Shown in pieces: positions 47,090 through 58,970 of a stretch of 64,000 nucleotides of DNA; the first letter of the stretch is position 1, and each line of letters starts with the position of its first letter. The DNA is from Amphiscolops sp. MND2022 (taxonomy: Eukaryota). The notes beneath the pieces were generated by a model. The model saw only the letters and a list, made by a program, of their open reading frames with translations, was not told the DNA's origin and did no database searches. Both the position numbers and the translations under genes were made by a program. The stretch covers positions 17,422,001-17,486,000 of the forward strand of contig OZ076417.1 in the NCBI GenBank assembly GCA_964187785.1, in the 5' to 3' direction.

Positions 47090-47438
47090 GAATTATTGAA
47101 TCATTTGGCCTAGCGAACTGAACCAAAAAGGTTTTTCCTTTTTTCTACGTAGCACACAATCCCGGGAGAGACTAAAGGGTCCACGTTTCAGTTTTTTTCG
47201 GTATTGTGACACTGTTTTTCGGATTTTTTTTTCACCAAAGGGTCCCACTTCAATTTGTTGATGTTTTGCAACAATGGATGTTGAAAAATGCAACAGGGTC
47301 CCCCTTTTAGCGCGCCAATTCTGTCCAACTTTTTGGGTTTTTCAGGTACTGTAGGAGAGCATATATTGACACTTTGCAGTCCTTTTGCTTATTTTGAGCC
47401 TTAGATATGGCACCGACTTGGTCCGGTCCCGGCTTGTT
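47090..47438 (+). mobile_element. HINE-like family copy (3' part)
   Basis: Ends ...ttagatatggcaccgacttggtccggtcccggcttgtt, with internal gggtcccc repeats. Confidence 0.6.
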
Positions 47439-49409
47439 ACAATATACAGAGCCAAGAACCCGTTTTCGGGCTGGCAGGGTTTATGCCAGGTTGCGTCATC
47501 TTTGATGTTTCTATCAGTGGTGTTATTGTGCTCAATTGTCTGTATTATAGTGTATGTTCGAGAACTGCCACTCGAAATTGTGATCTTATTTCTCAGTTGA
47601 CTGTATCGTTCGGTGATACCTGTACCCTTTTTGTAAGGGCTTCTCAAGTGGTGGTCCTGAAGTCAAACGCGATGCCCACTGTTTTGAGCAGTTAAAGACT
47701 GGAGTAGTTTAGAAAGCATTCTTGTGAGACGAAGCCCCCTCAACGGGACATGCAACTACTGGTGGAGAAAAGGCTGGTAACCTAAAACCGTCAGTGCTGG
47801 CGAAAGAGCCGGTTTCCAATCCGGAAAAGCTCAGTACGGAACTGAGAAAAAACCGACGTCATGGTCTAAACAATGAGCAGAAGAGAAAAAAAATGAAAAA
47901 AGCATTCAACTGCCAAAACTCTGTTTTTGACAAATTGGGAAAGAGCTGATCTATTTATGCCTAAAACAAAACACCCAGTTCGTTTCCCAAATCAGATTGT
48001 TCAAGTGAATTACATACTTGAATGACACTTTTAGTCGGAATTTTTTGAAGTGGCCAGTTTTTTTATTTGGTCACGCTTCAGATATGAACCCCCATGATCT
48101 AGTCCTCGTGGCGCAATTTGGCTAAACGAAAATACACAAACTCTGATACGCAGATGTTGTTTTGTGTTACACAGTATCGTATTGGCGTACAGCAGTATTG
48201 CTACATAGTAAAGTATTTTTCAATCTCTTGAAGAAAAAAAATAAAAATTCTCTTCTGTGCTTCCGTGGTCGCGGTTCACCCGAACCCCATTCAACTGATT
48301 CTGCTGTTTGTGCAATAATGGAAGATGGAAGGCCGAAAAGCTACTTTAATCAGTTGCTGGTTACCTTTAAAACATCCGTCAAAGGTGCTTCACATATTTT
48401 CATGGCCGTTAAATTCATTGTTTTGTGATAAAAACTGTCGAAATCCATAAGTGAACGACTTTGACCTATTTCTCAAACGTCTAAAACATTGCCAATTTAT
48501 AAATCAAAAACTCACTTCTAAAACTTTTGTGGGTTCTTTAAAAAAACGAATTTAACTGGTTTCCTTTTCTTTTCTTTTCTTTTCTTTTCAGCCTCGCTTC
48601 TGAATTGATGTCTGACCCCGCCTCGAATCGTCTAGACATTTCAAACTCCATTTTTATCTGTTCTTCATCCCAATAAATCTTTTTCTCAATTCATTTCCGT
48701 GCCTCATTTTCCAGCCAATCCATCAGTAATCAATGACTTCCATGAACGAACGGAATGCATCAAAGTTCCTTGATCAGTATCAAATTTATGATCGATCAAG
48801 AAATTATAGATAATTTCACCGAATCTCTGCATATTATTTCTCTTATACGTTGTTGTCTTTGTACAATATTTGATAAAGTAGTTCAATTTCCACAATCTAT
48901 CAATTAAACCTTGACGGTACATCAAAGATTGAGCGGCAATCAGTTACTGTCAAAGTTAAACTTTGAAAGCTTGACTTTGGAAGTTTGACTTTGAAAGCTT
49001 CTAGTAGAATCTGCTTTTGAAGGTTTTGCTGAAAATACGTAAGGTAATCCCTAATTGATTCCTGATTGCCTTAACGTATCAGACACTTTAGACGTCATCT
49101 TCCCGACAACCTTCGATAGAAGAGAAATGCGATCAACTGAGTTGAATTATCTCTTAATTTACTCAACTTTTCTTTGGTTGGTACTGGGACAAGAATCATC
49201 GCATGAAATTTAATAACACCACGAAATTACACGAAAGTTTTCAGAAAATGAGTCGAATCAGAATTTTTTTCTCGATCAGTCCAATATGAAAAATATTTTT
49301 GATGAATTTGTTTCTGACAGCCATCACAAAAAAGGCAAACTAGGTAGACAAAGTTCATCACCTTGAGAACCAAATCAGCATTGAAAAGCACAAAGAGAGA
49401 AGAGAGAGA

Positions 49410-49740
49410 AGTTAATTTCCCCATTACCGTGGGGTGGACGCCGAATAAGCAGTTCTGCTTTTCTAAGTGGGCGCCCTTTCGGATACTATCTCCGTAATGG
49501 TGGACTTGAAGCTGTGGTTTCAAAGTAACTTGCTCAAGTTCACAAAGGTCTGACTGCTCACCGTTGCTCTTTTTGTTTTGCTTCTCTCCGCCAAATGCGT
49601 TATTTATTGTCATTGACCATACCACTAAGCTAGGGATGAAGGACTTGCTTAAGGACCAACAATGGTGAGTTGAGAGAGATTCGAACCTGATACCGCCCCA
49701 GTACAGACCGAATGCTCTAACCACTACGCCATGCTCCCCC
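49410..49740 (-). mobile_element. tRNA-derived SINE with a CORE-like central domain
   Basis: A-box TGGCGTAGTGG (49731-49721) and B-box GGTTCGAATC (49687-49678), then GTCCTTAAGCAAGTCCTTCATCC, resembling the CORE-SINE motif CCTTGGGCAAGTCACTTAACC. The 3' boundary is approximate. Confidence 0.75.
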
Positions 49741-50581
49741 AGTCTTGAAACTGATATTTTGTCCCGAATTGAGGACTATAATTTAAAAATGTGGAGTATC
49801 TACAAGAGTCGCAGTGTAGGGATAGTCGCAGAACTGGGATAGTTTTCATACACTATTGAATGAGAATATTTACCAGGGGGACTTTCCAGGATCAGAAAAA
49901 AACTTTTAACTGAAAATTTTTCCAAAAGCCCAAGTTTGTGATTGTTTCCGAAAAAAAATACTTCGAAAAAGTCACAAAGCGCCGAAATTACCCAAGGGCT
50001 TGAAACTTTAGCATCAAATACATGTTTTCTAAACTGAAACCATTAGAAAAATTGGAACAGTGAACCTCCAATGAAAATGAAAAGTTTCCGTCAAAAGTTA
50101 TGAAAAGCCAAAAAAAATCCACTATTTTTGAGAAAATCTCATCAGTTTCAGAAACGTCACGGTTAACCAAAGAGGTTACCCTTAGGACTTGATGAACAGC
50201 TTTCCCTAACAGAAAATCTGAAAAAACAAGAATTGTGTGAAAAATAATATTTTGAAAGAAATTCTTTTCTTTCCTCTTTTCTTAAAAGCCCTTTTTGGAA
50301 GCATTTTGGGAGGGAAAAGAAATTCTTAAGTTCTAAAAATACGATTTTTCATTCCTTGAGGAACGAAAAACAAAAAACCAAAAGAGTTGCATGTCGAAGC
50401 AAGTGTCAGAAGCTCGAGTTTTGATGTCAATTGTCTTCATCATCAAAGAGCAGATCTTTTCTTGCAATAAGCTTCTTACTTTTTTGAACCAAATTTTAGC
50501 CGGCGCGTAATGAAATTAAAGACGACTTTTCTCATTTTTTAATCCGGTCCAAGAATTTTCATGCCAAATTTCCTGAATACC

Positions 50582-50613
50582 CTTCTTCTTCTTCTTCTTC
50601 TTCTTCTTCTTCT
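50582..50613. repeat. (TTC)n microsatellite, possibly the (AAG)n tail of an RTE-like retroposon on the minus strand
   Basis: About 10 TTC units; the minus strand reads ...GGACATGGCACTTAGAAGAAGAAG. Confidence 0.6.
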
Positions 50614-51207
50614 AAGTGCCATGTCCAAAGACGTCGGCAACCATGAGATTTTTTTCCCTTGCACGCTTGAAAACATCGTAAAGACAGGTTCTGAATACCC
50701 TACAAAGTAGCAAATTGTTCAGTGGTCCTCCCTTTCAAAATTTGACATCGTTTTTTGAAAAAAGAATGATTGTTTGAGGGTTATTTTCGGTTCTCTGAGA
50801 CTTTTTTTTTTTAAAAAAATCAGTTTCACAAGAGGCTAACCCTGTCGTAGTGTGCATTATTGTCTCAATCAGATTGAATTGACCATTGCACAGGGAATGG
50901 CAAATTGTCCGAAATTCTACGACAAAATCTTTAAATGGCAAATCAGTCTGAAAGAGTTCCCCATTCATTTTTCCACGTACTTATTCTGATTACTTAGGTT
51001 TTTTCAAAACCTAAAAATTTTTGGGGAGTGATGTTTTTTTGATTTTCAAGTTTGTTGGGTATTTTTGGATGGAAAAACCGTTTTGAGCCGAAGGATTCAA
51101 CTTTTGTTTTTTTCTGATCTTCGAAATCCTTGGTTTTGTGTGGACGTCAGTTGAATATCTTTTTTATTGCAATGATAGGTTTACGCTTCCAACTTTTTAA
51201 GACTCAG

Positions 51208-51783
51208 AAACGAGTCGTGAACGGCATAAGGTGGCGCTATATCTAATGCTCAAAAATAGCAAAATGACTTCAAAGAGTCAAGTATTCTGTTTTACAGTAC
51301 CCAAAAAAAACCCAAAAGTTGGGCCGAACTTGCGCGCTAAAAAGGACCTTTTTGGATTTTTCAACATTTCTCTCGCAAAACATCAGAAACATGGGAGGAG
51401 GGACCCTTTGAAGTCATTTAAAAACTCTCGACCAAAAGTTTGACAATGACGAAAAAAGCTGAAAGGGGGATCCTTTAGGATTTTTTAAACATTTCTATAT
51501 TAATTTATCAGAAAAACTGAAGGGGGTACCCCCTTGGTTAACAAAGTTCAAGAAATGTCTGACAATGCCGAAAAAGTTGGACGGGGGACCCTTCAGTCTC
51601 GCCCGGTTTTGTGTGTTGCGCTGAAAGAGAGAGCAACTCTTTTGGATAAGTTCCTAGGGGCAAATGGTCCAATTTCACACCCTAAAGTATCGTAGAACTT
51701 TTAAGAACTATTTTGTTCAGAACGTGTGGATTGAAAAAAAACTAGTTTTGTCGCGTTTCACTTCAAGAAGCGCCGACTACAAA
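51208..51783 (-). mobile_element. HINE-like family copy (diverged)
   Basis: Degenerate aaacgagtcgtgaacggcataaggtggcgc end, gggggaccc internal repeats, and gcgccgact at 51770-51778. Confidence 0.55.
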
Positions 51784-51858
51784 CTAGGCGCTAATGAGCT
51801 GCTAAGTGTTTCTAAGTTGGAAGCGTCAACCTCTCATTGTCTGAAAACTACATGTAGT

Positions 51859-52143
51859 TGTTACGACTAGGGTTCGTGTCGTTTTCCGGCGGGGTATCCA
51901 TTTTTACTGGTCTCGCTGGAGTACTGAAATTCCTAGACACTTTTCACTGCATTTTACCTTCTCGTGGAACCTTTTCCTCATGTTTAGACATTAGCTGTTT
52001 CAAGATTTCTCTCTTTGATTCAAGCATCAGTCCTTTTAATTCAGGTTTAATTCAGTTATTTCATCCTTCAAGGACACTCTCAGACTCTCCAAGGTACTCT
52101 TTTCAACTCAGGGCGACTTGGTAATGGAGGGAACCGCAACCAT
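51859..52143 (-). pseudogene. Relic LTR end carrying a decayed Gag-N-like ORF (second family with ORF-in-LTR design)
   Basis: The minus strand from the ATG at 52143 reads MVAVPSITKSP*VEKSTLESLRVSLKDEITE/ELKGLMLESKREILKQL...NDTNPSRN and stops at a ...CGTAACA terminus at 51859. A possible other end is TACCA at 52670, with GTAGT on both sides. Confidence 0.45.
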
Positions 52144-55100
52144 GACGTCGGATATATCTAGATCTACGTTTTGTACCAAGATGGGGTAACTTTCCACTCA
52201 CTTACGTTCTCGGTGCTCTCCTGTTGAACACTTTCTCTTTAGGTTTCTCGAAGACATTTTCGAAGAAAGCTTTGCTTGAATAAGTTAATTTAAAATGTTT
52301 GAGGCGAAAGCTCGTTTTAACAAAGTGTTGGTGACAAAGCAGAGGACAAAGTTTGAGGAATATGATTTTTCAAATGCTGAGTAATTTACAAATACCCTCA
52401 GATCATCATTTGATCACACCGGTGTGCCAGAATTTGCTTCGAACAAATAGTCATTCACAGATTTTACTATAAAAACCTTAGAAAATCAACGTACGTAGAC
52501 CTTTCTTCAAAATTCATATTCTCCCTACTGTTAACCCCCTATCAGTCATCAGCCGTGCTCATATCGTTTCATTGCGGCGTCACGCTTCGTTTCCACTAAT
52601 TAGGGAATTAGATTTTACTTCACCTTCAGCAAACCGGAAGTACCTTCCGATTTTTTACTCGAGCGTACCAGTAGTTTTAACCAACAACATTTCAACATCA
52701 ACTTCTAATACTGCATAAAGCACTAAGGTTTATTCGGGACGAACAATATGAATAACGGGAGGGTTAACTAAAGCAATATAGGAACGTATTAAGCATTATT
52801 GAGTAATAAATTTCATGTCAAACTTTATAAAATGGTTGAACATCACTCGTCATCATTTTACGTTGTGACGACGTCATTCGGGAGGAGCTTCATTGTAAAA
52901 TTGTCATAAATGGTGGATAAAAAAGCGTCTATACAAAGCCATTTTCGTATTTTGATAACGGACATGTTCCCCACTTTAACCTGCATGTTTCACAGTTTAG
53001 GTCTGGGTTAATATCAGTACAAAACGTGCACAAGTAAGCTTTACATTGTGAATATAAACTGTGATTTTCCAGTTAAGAATCGGTTACACACTTTTACGTT
53101 ATTATACTCCCACGAAAACAACCTTTAACCCTTATTCTGAATAAAGTTCACCTTAGCTGACACAAGCACGACGCAAAATTGCGATTCCCCTGTCTGTGTT
53201 CACTTTGTTATTTGATGTAGTCGTGACGCAATATAAACCGTTCTTAACTGGTACTTCCTTGCTAAAATTTTACTATCTTAAGATTGAATACCAGATAAAT
53301 CTCTCAATTTTATATATTTGCGACGTAGTTTTAACGTAAATTCGATGCCAGGCCGAGCTAGCTAGCTAGCTGCCGTTCTTGACTTGGCAAAATGTATCCT
53401 CGCTTTGACGGGGCTGTGACGTCACAATGATTCTCTGAATTCGTCTACTTGGTCATGACGTCACGTATATAGTAATCCCAGCCGGCGTTGCTATGATTGT
53501 TTACTTAACCACGTATCATTGTCCTTAATCGGAGTCACAAATGCGTACTCTTTTAATGTCTGTTTAGAAAGTGGTTTCTGTTTTGGTTTGTTTATGATCT
53601 TAATCGAAGCGTGTTTTCTAATTTAGTTTTCAGGTGAGCATGGCCTTTTTTCGGGCGTGGTTCAAATGTCTTCGCGGAATTGTGTGAAATCATTTTATCT
53701 GTTCATTTTGGTAATCAATTTTTTTCAGATCTTCTGGATTTCGGTCAGTCACGGATATTTTCGATTAAGATATTTAATAGTATGATCTCACTAGTTTCGT
53801 AGCGCATCCATGTCCCCTGCCAATCTTCATTCTTCGACAATTGCAATCCAGGCCGGGCGCGGACTGTGACAGCAGTTTTCCACGACGACAAGTTTGAGGA
53901 CTAGGTCATTTTTGGTTCCGAGAAGTCCCGAAAGTAATGCCATGAGTTTCTTTTATTTCGATACTAAACGTTTTGATTAAAACTATCTCAAAGTTTACTG
54001 GACTATTCAAGACATGATTGAGTCTTCATAGAAACGTAACGTAATCTGAACGTAAACACCTGAATAGCTGTGCGTATAGGTACTCTCCCTCTCTATCCTT
54101 GTTGACTATTGCTTTGGTTCATCCAATCAACCAATCAAAAACTCTTGATACGAAGTTGCTCAACGTTTCCTTTTTTTCAATTTTCTTAAATAAATTCTGT
54201 GAATTGCAATTTTTCTATGAATTGCTAGCAATTGGTTAGAAAGGTTAAGAAGTTTTTCTCAATTTCTCTTCCTCCTGATGTTTCAGTTGAATAAGAAATG
54301 TCGTTATAGTTTTTTTCTCCAGAACGGATTCAAGTATCATCAAATTAAACCAATGATAAAACAATTCATGAATAAGACGCCCGCTAAGGAGTGGAAAGTT
54401 TTCCGCCTCGAAATCTTACAGCTATGGCATTTTCCTAATGCTCGTGCGTGAAAACTTCTACACCTTCCATTCATTTCACTCCTCTTTGAGAAGCAATAAA
54501 AGAATGTTTCCCTAAAATTATGTTTGATTATTATAGTGTTCGAACTATAAGAATATTTATACTTACAAAAACATGCAAAAAATTATCAAAATGAAGCGAG
54601 TGAAAAAAGACACATTTTGGCTCTTGATTGAGCATTTTATGTATTTTAAAAAACTCAACTTTTCAACTTTGAGAACTTGCTAAAGAGGAAAGTTTCGGGT
54701 CTTCAAACACTGTAATGTTTACAATCACCAAAAAGTTCTACAAAAAATTGTTTAACACTGTTGAAATTGGAGAAAAGTGCGTCTTTTGTGTGCTTTTTGA
54801 GTCTTTTGTGAAAGAATAGCTTCAACTTTTTCCTGTGAAAATAAATTGGATAATTATTTTTTGTCGCTGAGTTCGTTGAATTTTGCAACGCACGGAATTG
54901 TCTAAAAACTGTAACGAAATGCCCACCCAAATTTCAAAAATTGGACTTTTATCTATTTTTTTTCGATTTTTGAGTTTCCCTTGAGTATTTTTAAATTTCG
55001 TTTCTATTCGAAAAATATGCTGCATATATGCTTCTTTCATTACTGAGCTCCGATTGCTTGTTAGTTTCGGAGACATCGCTGCATTTTTAAACAAAAACAT

Positions 55101-55424
55101 CAGTTTTCTCTTCTTAAAAGTTTGTTGAACAATTTTTTGTTGCAACGTGGAATTCGCTCAATAATTTCATCCTTGAAAACAGTGAATAACCGGATAAAAA
55201 AAGCAACTGAATAATCAAAGATGTCATCACAAAGAAATCGTCGTAAAAGCGTATCAGATGATTGCTTGTTTCATCTTTGATATTTTTGGGTGTTTGAATC
55301 TCTCGAAATAATGGAAAACATTACCGAATTTGCACAAGTTTGTCAAACATGGACTTCGTAACTTCTTCGAAGTATTCTCGAGTTTTTTTAAAATACATTA
55401 GCATTGGATTACTCTTCGTGTCAG

Positions 55425-56411
55425 CCCGGGTCGACCCTCCATGGATATCTTAGAAAGATCTTGCCAAGATCTTGGAAAAATCTTAGCTAAGATCTTGCCA
55501 AGATATTGGCAAGAATTGCAAGATGCCATGGTAATATCTTATCAAGAGAGCCATGTTTCCAAGAAAACTTTTATTGTAAAATCCTATTTGGAAAGAAAAA
55601 AATCTGAGAGGAAGTCAACAAAAATCAACATTTCTGCAGATTTATATTGTTAGACAATAAAACTTCTGTTAGCAATGTATAAAATTTGGTTGAAGAGATA
55701 TTTGTTTAGGAAGGCTGGTTAAATTGTTCTTTCAATTGCAAAACTGTCGCCAACAACGGCGTCAGAAAAGCTTTGAGCTGAATCATTACCCAAATTACTG
55801 CAATGACCGCCGTTTCTAGCAGGAATAAGGCTACTGAAACAGGCTCAAAGAAAGCTAGAATTATGAATTTTACAAAAATTTCCGGATTTTAAGGTCTTTC
55901 CTTTGTAACTTTCCGATAGTGTGTCTGGACGTTTGAGAGCATATTTCTCCGTTTCTGGAATCGACAGGAGTGATAAATTTTTGGAAAGCCCTTGAAATGA
56001 CCTTCCATTTGGTACATTCGCATTTCTCAATCCTAAACAGATGAGCAGTTATAAGGATTCTCGTCAAAATTTCGGAAGCCAGAATACGTTATCGTAATTT
56101 TTCACGCATTTTTGCATGCAAAATTTTTTCAGCAGGTTTAAGCATTTAACCATGAAAACGGGTAGAAATAGTCGTTGTTGGGTGAAATGAGCCTTCAGAT
56201 TGAGTTTCGGCTGCTTGTACTGAAGGAATGGTGTTCTGTATAATCTTAGAATTTTGTCCATCGTGATAAGATTCGATCTTCGAATAATGTATTATCTTAG
56301 TAAGATCTTAATAAGAATCTTGCCATGGGATCCATGGTTGCCAAGATGTAGTAAGAAGTTGGCAAGATCTTGCCAAGACAGCCAAGATGCTAGTAAGAGG
56401 TTCAACCCGGG
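55425..56411. mobile_element. Non-autonomous EnSpm/CMC-like DNA transposon (987 bp)
   Basis: TIRs CCCGGGTCGACCCTC / GAGGTTCAACCCGGG (13/15 match), a 2-bp AG flanking duplication, and subterminal GATCTTG(C)CAAG repeats at both ends. Confidence 0.7.
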
Positions 56412-56834
56412 AGCGGTTGCGATAGCTAACTGGCTCCTTGATGTACTTATGTTTCGAAACGCTCGAAATCTGTTTAAAAACTGTTTTAAAACGGTCAATA
56501 TATATATTTTCGAAACTACCAGACCTTATCTTGCTTTTTTGAAACACTTTTACAACAAACATTTTCGTATTTTTTTTTCAGAAAAGCATCAGAAAGACTG
56601 TATATATAGCTTGATTGTTCGTTTTGTAGCTTTTCGGATATTCGAACTTACGCAAATGTTCGGAATTTTTTTGTTTCGGAAAAATTAAAACTTTAAAACT
56701 GGTAAAATGTATGAGCCAAAAAATGTCAACAATATCTACAAAAACATATCGAACAAAACTAAGTCTATCTCAGATAAATTCTTTGAGCCAGTTCCTTTTT
56801 GAGTCTGATATTGGATTAGGAACAATGTTGGACG

Positions 56835-57259
56835 AAACAAGACGGGAACGTCTAAAGTAGGCGCAATATCTAATTAAGGCTTAAAGACTCGAAGGTTTTA
56901 AAATTGTAGAAGGGGGGACCCTTTAGACTTTTTCAATTCCAATTTGTAGCAAAATATCAAAAAACTTGAAGGGGGGACCCTTTGGCGACAAAAAAATTTC
57001 GAAAAAAAGTCGCACAGTGCCAAAAAGAATTCAAAGGGGGGGACCCTGTAGTCCCGTCCAGTTTTGTATCTTACGTTAAAAAATTTAGTACACGAAAGGG
57101 GGACTCTTTGCACTAACTTAGATGCCTTTCCGCTTGCCGGTCCAGTACTTTAGTAGTTCTGTAAAAAGTGTCCACTACGCATACATTCTGTGGTCCGACG
57201 AAAAAAAACTTGCCACTGTAATAGTCGGGCTCATTTTGATAAAATGCGCCGACTAAAAA
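56835..57259 (-). mobile_element. HINE-like family copy
   Basis: aaacaagacgggaacgtctaaagtaggcgc end, ggggggaccc repeats, and the agtcgggc...tgcgccgactaaaa hairpin end. Confidence 0.6.
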
Positions 57260-58235
57260 CGGCTCAGTTAGTAATTTCCTTCGATTGTAAATATGGGCGG
57301 AAAGAACGCAATGCATTTCTTTAAGGTAAGGGTCACATATTCGGAGTTTTGTTTCATTTGATTAAAAAAACAAAGGCTTTCAAAGTGATCTGTTTTTGCA
57401 GAATTGCAAATTGTAAAATGAGCCATTTGTAGTCATAAAATTATCTATAGCCTATTTATTATGGATTCAATTTTATTGATAATTCCTTTTGGTAGGAATA
57501 ATAATGAAGACTAAAACGTTTGGTGTTCATAATTTATTCAGTTAGATGTTGGCGTTCTATTGAAAATTGTTCACAGGTTCACCAAAAGTTTTCAAATACC
57601 TGGATTCTAATTTGACGGAAGCAATATATAGCTTTCTACTGTTCATGTGATTTGACCATAGATGCTTCTATAATTTAGCCTAAATTCCTGGGCGTGAATA
57701 AAGCAGCGAGTCACATAAAAATGTCATTTTTTGTAAATCTTAATACGAACAGGGAATCCGCCAGGACAACTGTAATGACAATTCCATGTATCCTTGAAAA
57801 CTTTTAATCCAACATTCGACTGCGTTCAAAAAACACTGTTGCCCTAAATGTAGCTAATGAACACTGGAAAAAATATCTGAGGCGACAAAAACACAGCAAA
57901 CTGCTCAGAAAAATTTTATCTCAGTGTAAAATTGCGTTAAGCTCTTGTCAAGTTCTTGGATTTCTCTTAAAATTCCCGTTACCTCTTGAATTTTCATAGA
58001 TACGATTTTTATGGGATTTAATAAGAAATTGTTAGAGCTTTTTCGGATTGATTTCAGAATATTTTCGATCTTTGAATCTGTTTTTGAATCTTTATTCAAT
58101 GAATTTGGATCTAAGTTGAAATAAGATCTAAAGTTAAATCCACTGAGATCAACTGATTATAGATCTTATTTCTAGTGATTTTCTTTCCTGAGCCTAGTTT
58201 TTCCAGAGTTTTTGGCACGTGGTTGTAGAGTTTTT

Positions 58236-58970
58236 GTAACGGGGCCGGATACTCTTATAAACGATTTTGCAACTTTGACATGTTCAGAAATTTTGTCAAA
58301 AAATCTATTTCGATGTGTGACGTGGCACTGCGCATGTGATTGCTCTTTTCGCTGTTTTGGCCATTTCCAATGCAAAACGAGGACCGAGCAAGACCGAGCG
58401 AGAACCCAGAGAACGGAACAGCTTGAGGGCTTAGAACAACTCTGAAAAAGACTCTTTTTTGGGTGCTAACCCTGGTTTTCCTTGAATTTAGCATTATGCT
58501 ACCCTAAGTAGCGGAAACCGGTAAAATGAGTCATGTAGCCTAATTATCCTTGTTTGGTGCTTGGAGCCCCTGCGCCACAGCCTTTAGCTGTGTGGTTGGC
58601 CATATTGGTGCCTGTTTTAGTGAATTTTCACTGGTTTTAGCTAGCTCGAGCGCTAGTTTTGGCAGTTTTAGATCTTATTCCACATTTTAGAACTTATTCC
58701 CATGTCACCCTCGAACTGGAATTTTACCTTACTATTGGCATTGTTTTTATGTGCTAGTTAAGCGGTCGTCGGTAAGAGTCAGGAAGATACCCGTTACTAT
58801 TAGCAATCAACGACTAGGACAGTATTCGTCGAAGCACCCACGGCCTCGGACGTATTTCAGCCCTGGAGGCAAAATGGATCTGTGGCGATGGGTGCCTGTC
58901 CCGAGCGATTTACCAATTCTGCAGGTTCCTCCACCTCTGTTAGCACAAACGCACAAAACTTTGCTTCTTT
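58236..58970 (+). repeat. Diverged dispersed repeat, paralog of 23950-24660
   Basis: Same conserved blocks in the same order. Confidence 0.75.

Noticed and set aside
48590-48925. Possible host exon or Myb-like fragment
   Set aside because: There are stops in all plausible frames; the strong-looking acceptor is a (CTTTT)n tract with no coherent downstream exon.
53390-53950. Host promoter and first exons (TGACGTCA cluster, TATATA, CAG|GTGAG and TTTTCAG sites)
   Set aside because: No open frame can be assembled on either strand, and the signals may belong to an old LTR or internal region.
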